The notes below the pieces were generated by a model. That model made no database searches, was not told where the DNA came from, and saw nothing but the letters and a program-made list of their open reading frames with translations. Positions 46,275 through 55,482 of a stretch of 64,000 bases of DNA are shown one piece after another. Position 1 is the first letter of the stretch, and every line of letters starts with the position of its first letter. The stretch is from the sequence record MT799840.1; one strand, 5' to 3'. Both the position numbers and the translations under genes were made by a program.

Positions 46275-46759
46275 TGGCCAGCCCAGTTAAAAAGCAAACA
46301 TTTGAGAGCTTACCATTTTATACCGATATCACCAACGTGAAAGATGGGATGTTGTTGTTTATCAAAGATGGGAAAGCGTATCAGTACCCGCTCGAGATGT
46401 TGGGTGTCCAGAAGGTTGCTCAGGGTGTCGTTATTCGTGATGCGGCGTATGAGTTGGAAGCGGCAGCAGCCACTGATTGGTACCTAGGACTGTCGCAACC
46501 GGAAACCGATCTCACTATTAAAAGTGATGGTGTATTGGGGGCATTTCGGTACACGCTCAACCTGACTATTCTTCAGGGAACGGGAGCCAACAAAATTAAC
46601 TGGCCTTCCAACGTGAAGTTCCCCCATGATGCATACCCGGTGCTGTCGTACCAGAAAGGGAAATCGGACATGATTACCCTGACTACAATCGACGGCGGTT
46701 ACACCTGGAAAGGTGGCGTTAGTGGAACAGGATATACAGAATGGGTAGAAACTCCTTAA
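46274..46759 (+). CDS. Tail-fibre-associated small protein
   Basis: WPSNVKFP...PVLS...GKSDMITLTTIDGGYTW is a common fibre-associated beta domain. Confidence 0.55.
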   Translation: MASPVKKQTFESLPFYTDITNVKDGMLLFIKDGKAYQYPLEMLGVQKVAQGVVIRDAAYELEAAAATDWYLGLSQPETDLTIKSDGVLGAFRYTLNLTILQGTGANKINWPSNVKFPHDAYPVLSYQKGKSDMITLTTIDGGYTWKGGVSGTGYTEWVETP

Positions 46760-49758
46760 TCGCAGTACGGACAGGGATTAACAATGCCCTGTCGATGGCC
46801 TACGGTCATCAGGACTTCGTTCGTCGAAATACCGGCTTAACTAACGACGCCCACAATGACCATTATCTGATTAACCCAGAAGGGGTGCTATCTAATAACC
46901 GGCATTTCATTGCTGACTCCATGGCAGTGTATCAACCTAATGGTGACGCCACCACAGAAGGTCAATCGTTGCTGATTATTGGGTATTGCCACATGTACAT
47001 CGCTACCAAAAACCAGATGTGGTTAGATGCGGCGATTCATGCATGGGAAGCGTACGCTACCTACTATTACGCAGGTCAGGCCATTCCCGATTCACCACAA
47101 CGTTGGATTTGTAACTGGCTAGTTAACGGTAAAGAGCCAGTGCTGGCAGACTATCCGGTGCATCCGACCGAGCCAACCCACGGTGGTTATAAGTGTGTAC
47201 CGGTAACGTTTACGAACGGGCGTTGCCAGATACCCCATGGCGCACCATTCTTTGGTGAATATCTGAACAAATTCTTTTCTGCGCATCGCGGCCATCCTAC
47301 TTGGGGTGCGGTTAATGCTGATGTACAGAAAATTAAGGAATCGGAAGACGGGTTAATTGACTGGTCTAAAGTCCCTGATTACTTAATCACCAATCCAGAG
47401 AAACCTTACGATGTAAAAGCGTGGGTGGACTGGAACACGATGCTAAACGACCCAACCGGATATACACCAATATGGGGCGGTTCTACCTCGAAAGGTCCGC
47501 GGTACGAACCTGACTGGTTTGTTGTGTGGACGGGTGAGAAGGTTCAGGATGGCGAGGTCATTGAATCTGGGTTGCCTGATGCCCAGAAAGGAACCGTACA
47601 ATTAAAGGACACCAGTATTAACGGTGTGTATTTGATTAACTACGCTTCCCAGGTACCTGTAGAGCACGGCGGATATTTGTTTGACCGCAATGAGCCGTGG
47701 CACAACCGTCCGGTTCATACCCCGTTAAAAGGGTCTGTTAACCAGATGGGTAACGCGGCAGATGCGGAAGTGTGGTTTATTGATGCCTGTTATCTGCTCT
47801 GGCGTATCACAGGTGAACCGCGCTATAAAGCCGCACTAGACTCTGTGTTCTATACAGCGCATGAATACACGTATATCGATGCGAAGGACAAGTTTTTCCG
47901 ACGTTCTAAGCTAGCCGAAACACCATTTACAGATGGTATCTCGTACGACTATAAATACCCCAGCACTGTTGAGGTCGCTTACAGTCGTGATGAAAATGGT
48001 GATATTGTGTTCCGTTCTGAGAAAGCTGTGCAGAACTTTATGGAACAGCAAGCCGTGCGTTTCAGGATAAACAGTCAATCGAAGTTACGTGTGACGTATG
48101 GCGGTGTTTGCGACAACGGTGATGCGCTTGCGTGTAAAGTGATGGTGGATATTAACCCCGTCAAAGCGGATACTGAGGAAGTAAACTGGTACGGCTGTAC
48201 GCTTCCGGGATCAACATCGATGGAAGTAGAACAGCATGACATCGATTTAGGGCATCTGGCCAGAATGACCAATCCGGCCAACGGCGAAGATTACATCATT
48301 GCCGATGCGCGAGCATGTTCGGACTACGGTGGGTGTACGTGGCAGGAGAAGTTTGAGAACAACATTTACGATGGTCGTTCAGGCACAATCGTAGAAGCGT
48401 TATTCCCGAACGACGATGCGGGTTTCATTATCGGTTTCTGGTTAACTGATGCCGGAGTTGCACCCCCACAGTCAATTGTCTATCGTGCTGATGCTGATTT
48501 CAACTTCCGTTTCGAAGATACCGACAAGTGGCGTTGGTGGTGGATGTTGCCCGCGACTAACGGGGAATGGAGACAGGTTATTATTCGCCCTGAAGACGCA
48601 ACACTCTCGGGCTATCAACCTGACCACGATACCGACGTCGAACCAAAACCGGCTGCGCCAAACTATACAACTATCGATCAGGTAACCATACTGCCCGATT
48701 CGGCTGTGGAGAATGCGCACTTTAGCTGGTATTGCGTAAACGATGTTCCGCCACTGTTTAATGCAGATGATGGCTGGACATTAACGTTTCGCATTGCAAT
48801 TCGGGGAGGTTCCGCATTTACGGGTAAAGTGGGCGATTGTACGATAAAAGATTACCGTCTTGACTCGCTCGCGTATTGTCCAGGAACGATACCGTTCTCG
48901 AACATTTATTCGGAAGGAACGTATCAGCTAGGTGCATGGCACGGGATGCCGTATCCTGGCTATCAGTATCCGTTTATGTACACCATACACACCGATGATC
49001 GCTACAAAGACTGGCTCTTAAATCAGATTCGGTTTATGCGCGATTCACAAACCAACTACCAAGCGCAGATAGGTGAGTTAGGTCCAGGTTGTGCGGCGTA
49101 TATTTGGAACCGCTGGGATAACTACTCTTACGGCCCGGCAGATACGTGGACAACGTTCCATTGGGGCGATGGACATCCGTGGGCAGGTTATCAGCCACGC
49201 GCGTATAACGCCGCTGCGCGTTGTTGGTACGAATTAGTTGTGCGTGGTAAAGAGGTTCCACCAGAGCTAGTAGAGTACGTTGAAAATTGGGCTAAGTGGC
49301 TCGTAGGGTTCTTAGACCGCTTTGACAACCACACGCCGAATGAATTCCCTACGGCACCAAATAAACCGGTATGGGTAGAGAATGATTTCACAGCACATAT
49401 GTGTGCGCTCTGGATAGCAGGCAGCGCTTATGCAGCAATGGCTGGCTGTACAGTGGAAGGGTTGAGCCGTATTATGGATATGGGGATGAAGGAGATGGGT
49501 GACAACTTCACCGTCACCGACATTCCAGGAAAAGCCATTAACGGTGCCTGGTCTCCGTGGGCAAATCCTACCACGGATAACGGTCAGGCTTTTGGGTTTT
49601 ATACTGGAGAAGCGATGCGTGCAATCGGGTTGTATCTCCTCTATAAAGAACACGGCCCAGGACATGATATTTATCGTGACTTGGCAATACCCGACCACAC
49701 AACAGCTTCACTCGATATAACGTTTACTATCCCAGACGATCCGCTCGAAACTAATTAA
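46741..49758 (+). CDS. Large virion fibre/appendage protein with GH8-like glycoside hydrolase motifs
   Basis: TTEGQS (E73) and NAADAEVW...LWRITGEPRY (D341) resemble GH8 SEGQ and SAxDGD motifs; central Trp-rich CBM-like region. Confidence 0.65.
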   Translation: MGRNSLIAVRTGINNALSMAYGHQDFVRRNTGLTNDAHNDHYLINPEGVLSNNRHFIADSMAVYQPNGDATTEGQSLLIIGYCHMYIATKNQMWLDAAIHAWEAYATYYYAGQAIPDSPQRWICNWLVNGKEPVLADYPVHPTEPTHGGYKCVPVTFTNGRCQIPHGAPFFGEYLNKFFSAHRGHPTWGAVNADVQKIKESEDGLIDWSKVPDYLITNPEKPYDVKAWVDWNTMLNDPTGYTPIWGGSTSKGPRYEPDWFVVWTGEKVQDGEVIESGLPDAQKGTVQLKDTSINGVYLINYASQVPVEHGGYLFDRNEPWHNRPVHTPLKGSVNQMGNAADAEVWFIDACYLLWRITGEPRYKAALDSVFYTAHEYTYIDAKDKFFRRSKLAETPFTDGISYDYKYPSTVEVAYSRDENGDIVFRSEKAVQNFMEQQAVRFRINSQSKLRVTYGGVCDNGDALACKVMVDINPVKADTEEVNWYGCTLPGSTSMEVEQHDIDLGHLARMTNPANGEDYIIADARACSDYGGCTWQEKFENNIYDGRSGTIVEALFPNDDAGFIIGFWLTDAGVAPPQSIVYRADADFNFRFEDTDKWRWWWMLPATNGEWRQVIIRPEDATLSGYQPDHDTDVEPKPAAPNYTTIDQVTILPDSAVENAHFSWYCVNDVPPLFNADDGWTLTFRIAIRGGSAFTGKVGDCTIKDYRLDSLAYCPGTIPFSNIYSEGTYQLGAWHGMPYPGYQYPFMYTIHTDDRYKDWLLNQIRFMRDSQTNYQAQIGELGPGCAAYIWNRWDNYSYGPADTWTTFHWGDGHPWAGYQPRAYNAAARCWYELVVRGKEVPPELVEYVENWAKWLVGFLDRFDNHTPNEFPTAPNKPVWVENDFTAHMCALWIAGSAYAAMAGCTVEGLSRIMDMGMKEMGDNFTVTDIPGKAINGAWSPWANPTTDNGQAFGFYTGEAMRAIGLYLLYKEHGPGHDIYRDLAIPDHTTASLDITFTIPDDPLETN

Positions 49759-49763
49759 GTGTA

Positions 49764-49806
49764 TACCAGCTATCCTTCGGGGTGGCTGGTACGCTTTATT
49801 TTATTT
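49764..49806 (+). terminator. Intrinsic terminator
   Basis: TACCAGCTATCC-TTCG-GGGTGGCTGGTA + T-rich tail. Confidence 0.85.
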
Positions 49807-49832
49807 CAGATAGATGTTATCTCAGTGAACCT
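49803..49832 (+). promoter_or_regulatory. Variant early-type promoter
   Basis: ATTTCAGATAGATGTTATCTCAGTGAACCT. Confidence 0.6.
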
Positions 49833-49839
49833 CTGAAAT

Positions 49840-49862
49840 TTACGTTTCAATCAGAGCTTATG
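49840..49862 (+). promoter_or_regulatory. Bipartite promoter TTAC-N15-TATG
   Basis: AAATTTAC GTTTCAATCAGAGCT TATG. Confidence 0.65.
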
Positions 49863-49885
49863 TCATGTATTAAGGAGCAATTAAA

Positions 49886-50218
49886 ATGTCTAAAGTCTAT
49901 CACATTGCGGTATTGCGTCAGGCAACTGACCTTGAAGGCGACGGTGAACTTCGAATGCAGGAAGCCATTCTGAGCACCGTTAAAGAACTTAACCAAGCAA
50001 ACAATTTCGATGCACGCTTCGAAGCGTTACCAGTAAGCCGCAGTGCTTTCTACGGCAGTCAAATACTGGCAACCCAGTATGCGATGGCTTTAAGTGACTT
50101 GCGCAATAACCCTAGTCCTGAAACCGCGGCGAAGATGAACAAGCTGTCGTTATGGATGAATAACCTGGATGTCCCCGCAGCATCCACTGTAAGTGGTTTG
50201 GGGGTGGTTAATGGGTAG
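49886..50218 (+). CDS. Hypothetical early protein
   Basis: SD TAAGGAG behind tandem promoters. Confidence 0.65.
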   Translation: MSKVYHIAVLRQATDLEGDGELRMQEAILSTVKELNQANNFDARFEALPVSRSAFYGSQILATQYAMALSDLRNNPSPETAAKMNKLSLWMNNLDVPAASTVSGLGVVNG

Positions 50219-50546
50219 AGTAATCCGTGTTGCCAGACCAATGCGTCTCAATAGGACGCCGATGATAAATCGTGATATCAGTGAAGCTGTAAAACAGTTG
50301 TCGAATATCGACGGTTACACCTTTAAAGTGATAACACTGTACGACTACCCAGAAGGCAAAGTTCCGCAAGAGGCGCTGGATAAATTCGTTAATGTATTAG
50401 ACGATTGCCTTAAGAGCCCAACGGACGTAAATCTTATCAAACTTAACACCATGTCCCTTGAACTGTACCGGCTGCGTAAAATGGGCATTCATGCTCGCAT
50501 CGGTAAAGGCGACCAAACGTTAGCCGAATACTGGGCTAAACAGTAA
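50211..50546 (+). CDS. Hypothetical protein
   Basis: ATG 50211 overlaps the upstream stop. Confidence 0.6.
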   Translation: MGRVIRVARPMRLNRTPMINRDISEAVKQLSNIDGYTFKVITLYDYPEGKVPQEALDKFVNVLDDCLKSPTDVNLIKLNTMSLELYRLRKMGIHARIGKGDQTLAEYWAKQ

Positions 50547-50573
50547 GCTATTTTAAATCCTAAGGAGCATTAA

Positions 50574-51092
50574 GTGAATATTATCATGAACCTGTATACC
50601 AAACGGGAACGTAACGTTTTAGAATCGGGCGTTGCCCCGGAAGTATTGGCTGCGGGGGATATTAGTATCGACCCATTGAAAGTGAAAGTCGCGGAACTGT
50701 TCCCTCGTGATGAATGGGACATCTGGTATTTCCGTTGTTCGTCGGTATTAAATGCAATCAAACAACTGTCTGATTATCAGCCTGGTCCGTATATCGGTAC
50801 CTGGCACTGGTACGTTCCACGCACACCAAACTTCCTTTACCTGCACGACGATGATAAACGCACTCATATTCGCACTGTAGCGACGCCTGCGCGTTTGGAG
50901 CGTTATCTGGAGCTAATCCACGACCGGCCTCGTAACGAGCTACAGAGCATCGTAGAGGTGCTCAGACAGGTACCTTTAGACGGTATACTGGAACTGGACA
51001 TGAAAATCGCCGATCGTCCGAGACATTACTGGGAATTTTCCTGGGTAGACGCGAAGTACGAAAACCATAACGTTATCTATCTGAAGCGTTAA
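50574..51092 (+). CDS. Hypothetical protein
   Basis: SD TAAGGAG, GTG start. Confidence 0.65.
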   Translation: MNIIMNLYTKRERNVLESGVAPEVLAAGDISIDPLKVKVAELFPRDEWDIWYFRCSSVLNAIKQLSDYQPGPYIGTWHWYVPRTPNFLYLHDDDKRTHIRTVATPARLERYLELIHDRPRNELQSIVEVLRQVPLDGILELDMKIADRPRHYWEFSWVDAKYENHNVIYLKR

Positions 51093-51102
51093 GGGGGACA
51101 GG

Positions 51103-51423
51103 ATGTTGAACTGGTTACTTGCGCTGATTAACAAGCGACAAAAACAACTGTACGAAGAAAACCGAGAATTAGCTGCCGCTAACCGTCGTGTACAGGCCGA
51201 TAACTTGCAGTTAAGACACGACCTCGCGAAACTGGGCGTTAATGCGAGTAGGCTCTGCACGCACATAAGTCGCTGTCACGACATTATCGAACGTATTGGG
51301 CACTACCATCTTACGTCCCCAGCCCGGCGTGCCTATGACGCGGCCGTTCAGGGATTAAAAGATACCAGGAGTGCGTACGACGAGATGTTAGAAGAATTTA
51401 GTAAACGTGAGGATAAAGACTAA
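51103..51423 (+). CDS. Coiled-coil hypothetical protein
   Basis: 106 aa, heptad pattern. Confidence 0.6.
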   Translation: MLNWLLALINKRQKQLYEENRELAAANRRVQADNLQLRHDLAKLGVNASRLCTHISRCHDIIERIGHYHLTSPARRAYDAAVQGLKDTRSAYDEMLEEFSKREDKD

Positions 51424-51806
51424 TGGAAATGCCAATGAACACCGACTTAGCACTGGCAATCGAACACATGAAAAACCATCAGCTGACGTTACTGAATGCA
51501 AGCACAGACGGACAACGTCAAGGGTATGCACTCGTTGCAAAAGCAGCGTTAGAACTTAACAAAATCCTGCTCGCTAAACTCTACAGCCTGGAGAACAGCG
51601 TGCTTCACGCAACGCATCTGGGTGAGGCCAGCGAGCTGGTTACAGACGTGCGCCTATATGCATCGCGCGAAATGGAGCGCTTAGTCAACGAGTGGAACGT
51701 TCAGTGTAACAGTGAGCGTGCTGATAACGATCCACGTAAAGTTGCACTGACGCCAGGCGTGTATATCAAGGACGGTAGCATCAACGAATATACCGGATTT
51801 AACTGA
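51423..51806 (+). CDS. Hypothetical protein
   Basis: TAATG coupling. Confidence 0.65.
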   Translation: MEMPMNTDLALAIEHMKNHQLTLLNASTDGQRQGYALVAKAALELNKILLAKLYSLENSVLHATHLGEASELVTDVRLYASREMERLVNEWNVQCNSERADNDPRKVALTPGVYIKDGSINEYTGFN

Positions 51807-51829
51807 TCGGTAGATAAGGGTAATTGATA

Positions 51830-52255
51830 ATGTTAACCATAGACGTAGCTATCTCTATCGAGCTTCAACGCATCGGTGTAGGTACACTAAAACTTCGTTA
51901 TCGCGATTTACCGCATTACAACAAGATGTTTGATGTTGGGGTGATAAAGTTTTATAACCGGTACGGGCCAAGAGAACTGTGTCTGTGGTTTGTTGAGTTA
52001 GCGATAACCTACGGCGAGTTTTATCATCCTAACATACCGCATGTCAGACATGTGTCAAGAGGGCACCTGGAAACTTCCAGAGAGTTCTGTCAGCGATTGT
52101 ATAGCGCGATGGAGGAGTCCGCACCCATCGACTATGACGTGCCACCTGAACTGTTATTAATCGACCACGAAGGAGAAGCCGGTGTCTATTTCATTACGGG
52201 GACTGACTATTCACGAGATTCAGAAATATTTACTCGAGGGCGGGAAACTGACTGA
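51830..52255 (+). CDS. Hypothetical protein
   Basis: ATG 51830 after AAGGG. Confidence 0.55.
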   Translation: MLTIDVAISIELQRIGVGTLKLRYRDLPHYNKMFDVGVIKFYNRYGPRELCLWFVELAITYGEFYHPNIPHVRHVSRGHLETSREFCQRLYSAMEESAPIDYDVPPELLLIDHEGEAGVYFITGTDYSRDSEIFTRGRETD

Positions 52256-52487
52256 CGACTATCAAACCGCAGATATGTTGCTACAGTCATTTGTACCGTT
52301 ACGTGCTGAGTATTACGAAATCGCGTTCCTGGGCGATGAATATTGTGTCCGTACACAAGGTCGCGAATACGAAGCAGTTCGCGTACCACGAACACTCGGC
52401 GGGGTGATGATACTTATCGCTAATATCGAAGCACTCAATGCGAAATGTGCGTTATACATCGCACAGGGAGGTCGCAATGGATTTTAA
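52182..52487 (+). CDS. Hypothetical protein
   Basis: GTG start after AAGGAG; overlaps upstream gene by 74 nt. Confidence 0.55.
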   Translation: MSISLRGLTIHEIQKYLLEGGKLTDDYQTADMLLQSFVPLRAEYYEIAFLGDEYCVRTQGREYEAVRVPRTLGGVMILIANIEALNAKCALYIAQGGRNGF

Positions 52488-52635
52488 GTGGGAACCATTA
52501 TCGTTAGCAGAAGTTCGTAACAGAATCGATAGAGCTATTGCAAGGAGAAAACATGTTCGGCCTGTTTCAGGAGAAAAAACAATTGCGTCGCCAATTAGAA
52601 ATACTGGAATTGGAACTCAGCCTATCAAAGACTGA
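52477..52635 (+). CDS. Possible small protein
   Basis: SD GGAGG before MDFKWEPL; overlaps next gene by 83 nt. Confidence 0.3.
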   Translation: MDFKWEPLSLAEVRNRIDRAIARRKHVRPVSGEKTIASPIRNTGIGTQPIKD

Positions 52636-52954
52636 GTTGGAAATTTCGAAAGAAGCGTGGAAGAGAAATCTCGATGAATCTTTCGAAGAACGCCGTAAGC
52701 TTACACGATTACTTTCTGAGGAACAGTCTAAGAACCGGAAACTCGAAGATGGGCTACGGGATGCCCGACGAGATGCGGATCTGCGTGACAAGATGTTAGG
52801 ACGGAACCTGGGTGCCCTAATCTATTTCATAGAGCAACGTTGGGAACCAAAAACACTCCTTGAGTTGCTCTATGAAAAACTCTCCTGTGTAGGTAAACGT
52901 TCTGCGGCCATCGAGTATTTCCGTAGTCACGGTTTCGAGGTAAAAGATGAGTAA
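52553..52954 (+). CDS. Coiled-coil hypothetical protein
   Basis: SD AAGGAG before MFGLFQEKK. Confidence 0.65.
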   Translation: MFGLFQEKKQLRRQLEILELELSLSKTELEISKEAWKRNLDESFEERRKLTRLLSEEQSKNRKLEDGLRDARRDADLRDKMLGRNLGALIYFIEQRWEPKTLLELLYEKLSCVGKRSAAIEYFRSHGFEVKDE

Positions 52955-53031
52955 ATTAGAGGTTGGCAGGCTGTTCGTTAATCCTTAAAAGCAACAGTTT
53001 CAAATTAGTTACGACCATAAGGAGTATTCAA

Positions 53032-53835
53032 ATGTTAAAACCACGCAAACAGAAAAGATTACAGTTTGTCAAAATAGTACATCCACAGTCCCGTCGTGTT
53101 ACAGGTGGACGTCTCTACGTGGGTAAACACCGTAGTCGTCTTATCACCTGGTCGGCAATGGCCAACGTAGCCACCCAACTCCAGGCAATGGTTGAAGACC
53201 GTTGCCAGTTAAAAGGGGATTTCTTTCAAGAGAAGAAACCCTATCGTGATATCTTCCGTACACTAAAAGCGTGCTGGGTACTCAGCTGGGTGCCTGGCCG
53301 CGAACAACTTTATTTTCTGCGTAAGTTCCCACGCCCTATGCCGAAGGAAAACATTAGCGTTTTCTTAGACAAACTAAAACGCTTTAATGACATCGGCATA
53401 AACGCTAATAAAGAGCAAGTTTCTGCTACAGTAGCAGCCCGAAAACACTTACGCGATTATGTGGCCGATCGAGATGTTGAGTTCGCTTATATGACGCCGA
53501 CTGTACCGCTGCTAAACGGTGATGCATTGAAAGCGAAGATGGAAGAGATCGCGTTGAAGTTTCCTAACATCAGACACATCGCACCAGACGCGGTACTACA
53601 GCTGAACACTGAAGGCTGCACGCGATTACCGACAGTCTCTGACACGGTGTTAGTATCAACACCTGATGTCCCTGAGGGGAAATCTTTCCTTGAAATGATA
53701 AAGAAACGTACAGAGGGTGGATATCAGCCGGTCTTTCTAGATTCCCTGTCAGAGCATCCTGATGCGAAGCAAGAGTTTAACATGAACACCAACAGCCCTT
53801 ACGACTCACTCTACAAGGATGGTAATGATGCTTAA
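53032..53835 (+). CDS. Hypothetical protein starting MLKPRKQKR
   Basis: SD TAAGGAG before ATG 53032. Confidence 0.7.
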   Translation: MLKPRKQKRLQFVKIVHPQSRRVTGGRLYVGKHRSRLITWSAMANVATQLQAMVEDRCQLKGDFFQEKKPYRDIFRTLKACWVLSWVPGREQLYFLRKFPRPMPKENISVFLDKLKRFNDIGINANKEQVSATVAARKHLRDYVADRDVEFAYMTPTVPLLNGDALKAKMEEIALKFPNIRHIAPDAVLQLNTEGCTRLPTVSDTVLVSTPDVPEGKSFLEMIKKRTEGGYQPVFLDSLSEHPDAKQEFNMNTNSPYDSLYKDGNDA

Positions 53836-54052
53836 ACCGAAGAAAAGAAAGAAGCCCATTAACATCATGCATGGTATATGTGGTGGTGTTGTTGGATATC
53901 GCGGTGATGTTCGTTTTCCAATTGGCCAAGATGCGATTGAGGGCATTCTGCTCATCTACTCACCGTCTGTAAATTACCCATCGGCTCCGAAGGTCGTTAA
54001 TCGTGTGTTAGAATTAGTGAGGACTGGCTATGTTAAAACCAAAGAAACGTAA
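53828..54052 (+). CDS. Small hypothetical protein starting MLKPKKRKK
   Basis: SD AAGGA; ATG 53825 or 53828. Confidence 0.55.
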   Translation: MLKPKKRKKPINIMHGICGGVVGYRGDVRFPIGQDAIEGILLIYSPSVNYPSAPKVVNRVLELVRTGYVKTKET

Positions 54053-54461
54053 AGATGGCGCAGTCATTCTCACTCCGAGAATTTCTGTGGCTGTTGGTAA
54101 GAAACTGGTGGTTCAAGATGGCAAGTGGTTAAGCGACGGTTTCCACAGCTATTCTGCCCATGCAATGGCTGACAATATGCGCGTGATGCACAACAGCCGT
54201 GGCCGCAACCGTCGCGACCAATACCCTAAGCCTATCCGTGTATTGGCGACGTGGTATATGCGCTACATGCAGAAGAATTTCGGTCATGACAAGTCCGTCG
54301 GTAAGATGGTGCACGAGTACAATTTCAAACGTGCGCAAAAAACACTCGCCGGTGGTGAAGTGGTACCACCGCCACGGCGTTTAGGTTACATGTCAGTCGA
54401 CCGTGCTGTTTTTGAACTACAGAATGCGGAAGATAAGGAGAATAACAATGTCGGGGATTGA
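54030..54461 (+). CDS. Basic hypothetical protein starting MLKPKKRKD
   Basis: SD GAGGA. Confidence 0.65.
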   Translation: MLKPKKRKDGAVILTPRISVAVGKKLVVQDGKWLSDGFHSYSAHAMADNMRVMHNSRGRNRRDQYPKPIRVLATWYMRYMQKNFGHDKSVGKMVHEYNFKRAQKTLAGGEVVPPPRRLGYMSVDRAVFELQNAEDKENNNVGD

Positions 54462-54834
54462 AGAACTCGAGAACGGGATGAAGTGCTACACGTTTGAAGA
54501 TGGGACGGTGTTGACTTCGACCACTAACGAACTTGCTGACCTGGTCCCCGACCACAACTATTTCGTCATGGGTAATGAGAAGGTTTATCCCGGTGGCGAA
54601 ATAGGTATTCTCTTTAAATGGTTCGTATGTGATGAAATCACCGACGATGAACGTTACGAACACGTCAGTAAGGCGATGTTCGAGACGGGTGAGATAGAAC
54701 ACACCGGTCGTGTACGTGTCCTTTCGAACGATGGACACGCTGTTGAGCTTGAATGGATCGCGTCCGGGCGTCCGAGACAGAAACACTATTATAACGGCAG
54801 CGGAATCACCACCGTTGCAGAAAGCCTTAACTAA
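54448..54834 (+). CDS. Acidic hypothetical protein
   Basis: SD TAAGGAG before ATG 54448. Confidence 0.65.
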   Translation: MSGIEELENGMKCYTFEDGTVLTSTTNELADLVPDHNYFVMGNEKVYPGGEIGILFKWFVCDEITDDERYEHVSKAMFETGEIEHTGRVRVLSNDGHAVELEWIASGRPRQKHYYNGSGITTVAESLN

Positions 54835-54838
54835 GGTC

Positions 54839-54876
54839 TACCCTACTCCTTCGGGAGTAGGGTTTCTTCTTTTTTT
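54839..54876 (+). terminator. Intrinsic terminator
   Basis: ACCCTACTCC-TTCG-GGAGTAGGGT + T-tract. Confidence 0.9.
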
Positions 54877-54897
54877 GCCTAGTCCGATTACAATTAT

Positions 54898-54974
54898 TTT
54901 CAGATATATATTACTTAGGTGAGAGTTAACCATTAACTCTTATCTAATCGACCATTATCTTAAGGAGTTTTAAC
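54898..54974 (+). promoter_or_regulatory. Early promoter cassette, copy 3
   Basis: TTTCAGATATATATTACTTAGGTGA + hairpin + AATCGACCATT + SD. Confidence 0.8.
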
Positions 54975-55421
54975 ATGTACATTCTGAATAACGAACTTAC
55001 TAAGTACGCTAGCAAAAACCCGATTATGATTTCTTTCCTAATCGTGATGGCGGCCAACAAACAAGACCCTAGCGAATTCACTACTGAGGACTTCGAAGAG
55101 ATTATCGCCAACGCCAAAGAAGCCACGTTCCAGACCACAGAACCTACTCGCGACGAGTTCCCCCTAGGTGAAACCGGCGATGTATTGTTTAACGACATGG
55201 TTGCTTCGTACTACATCAATAGACGTGGTATGGAAATCGAATACGACGAACTTCCTACTAGCAGCTTTGCTGAAATGATTCGTGATTATCGTCGTCAAGT
55301 TGTCTCTGACGATATCGTAAAAAAATACATGGCACAAATCAGCCCATTCAGTCTTGAATTCGAAAACCGCGCGATTGCCTTAGCAACACATCGCCTGCGT
55401 TTAGAAAAAGAAGTACACTAA
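54975..55421 (+). CDS. Hypothetical early protein
   Basis: First gene behind early cassette, SD TAAGGAG. Confidence 0.7.
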   Translation: MYILNNELTKYASKNPIMISFLIVMAANKQDPSEFTTEDFEEIIANAKEATFQTTEPTRDEFPLGETGDVLFNDMVASYYINRRGMEIEYDELPTSSFAEMIRDYRRQVVSDDIVKKYMAQISPFSLEFENRAIALATHRLRLEKEVH

Positions 55422-55482
55422 TAATAACCCGGCGGGCAAAGTCCCGCCAATTCACCCGCAATCTACAAAAAAGGAATATCCC

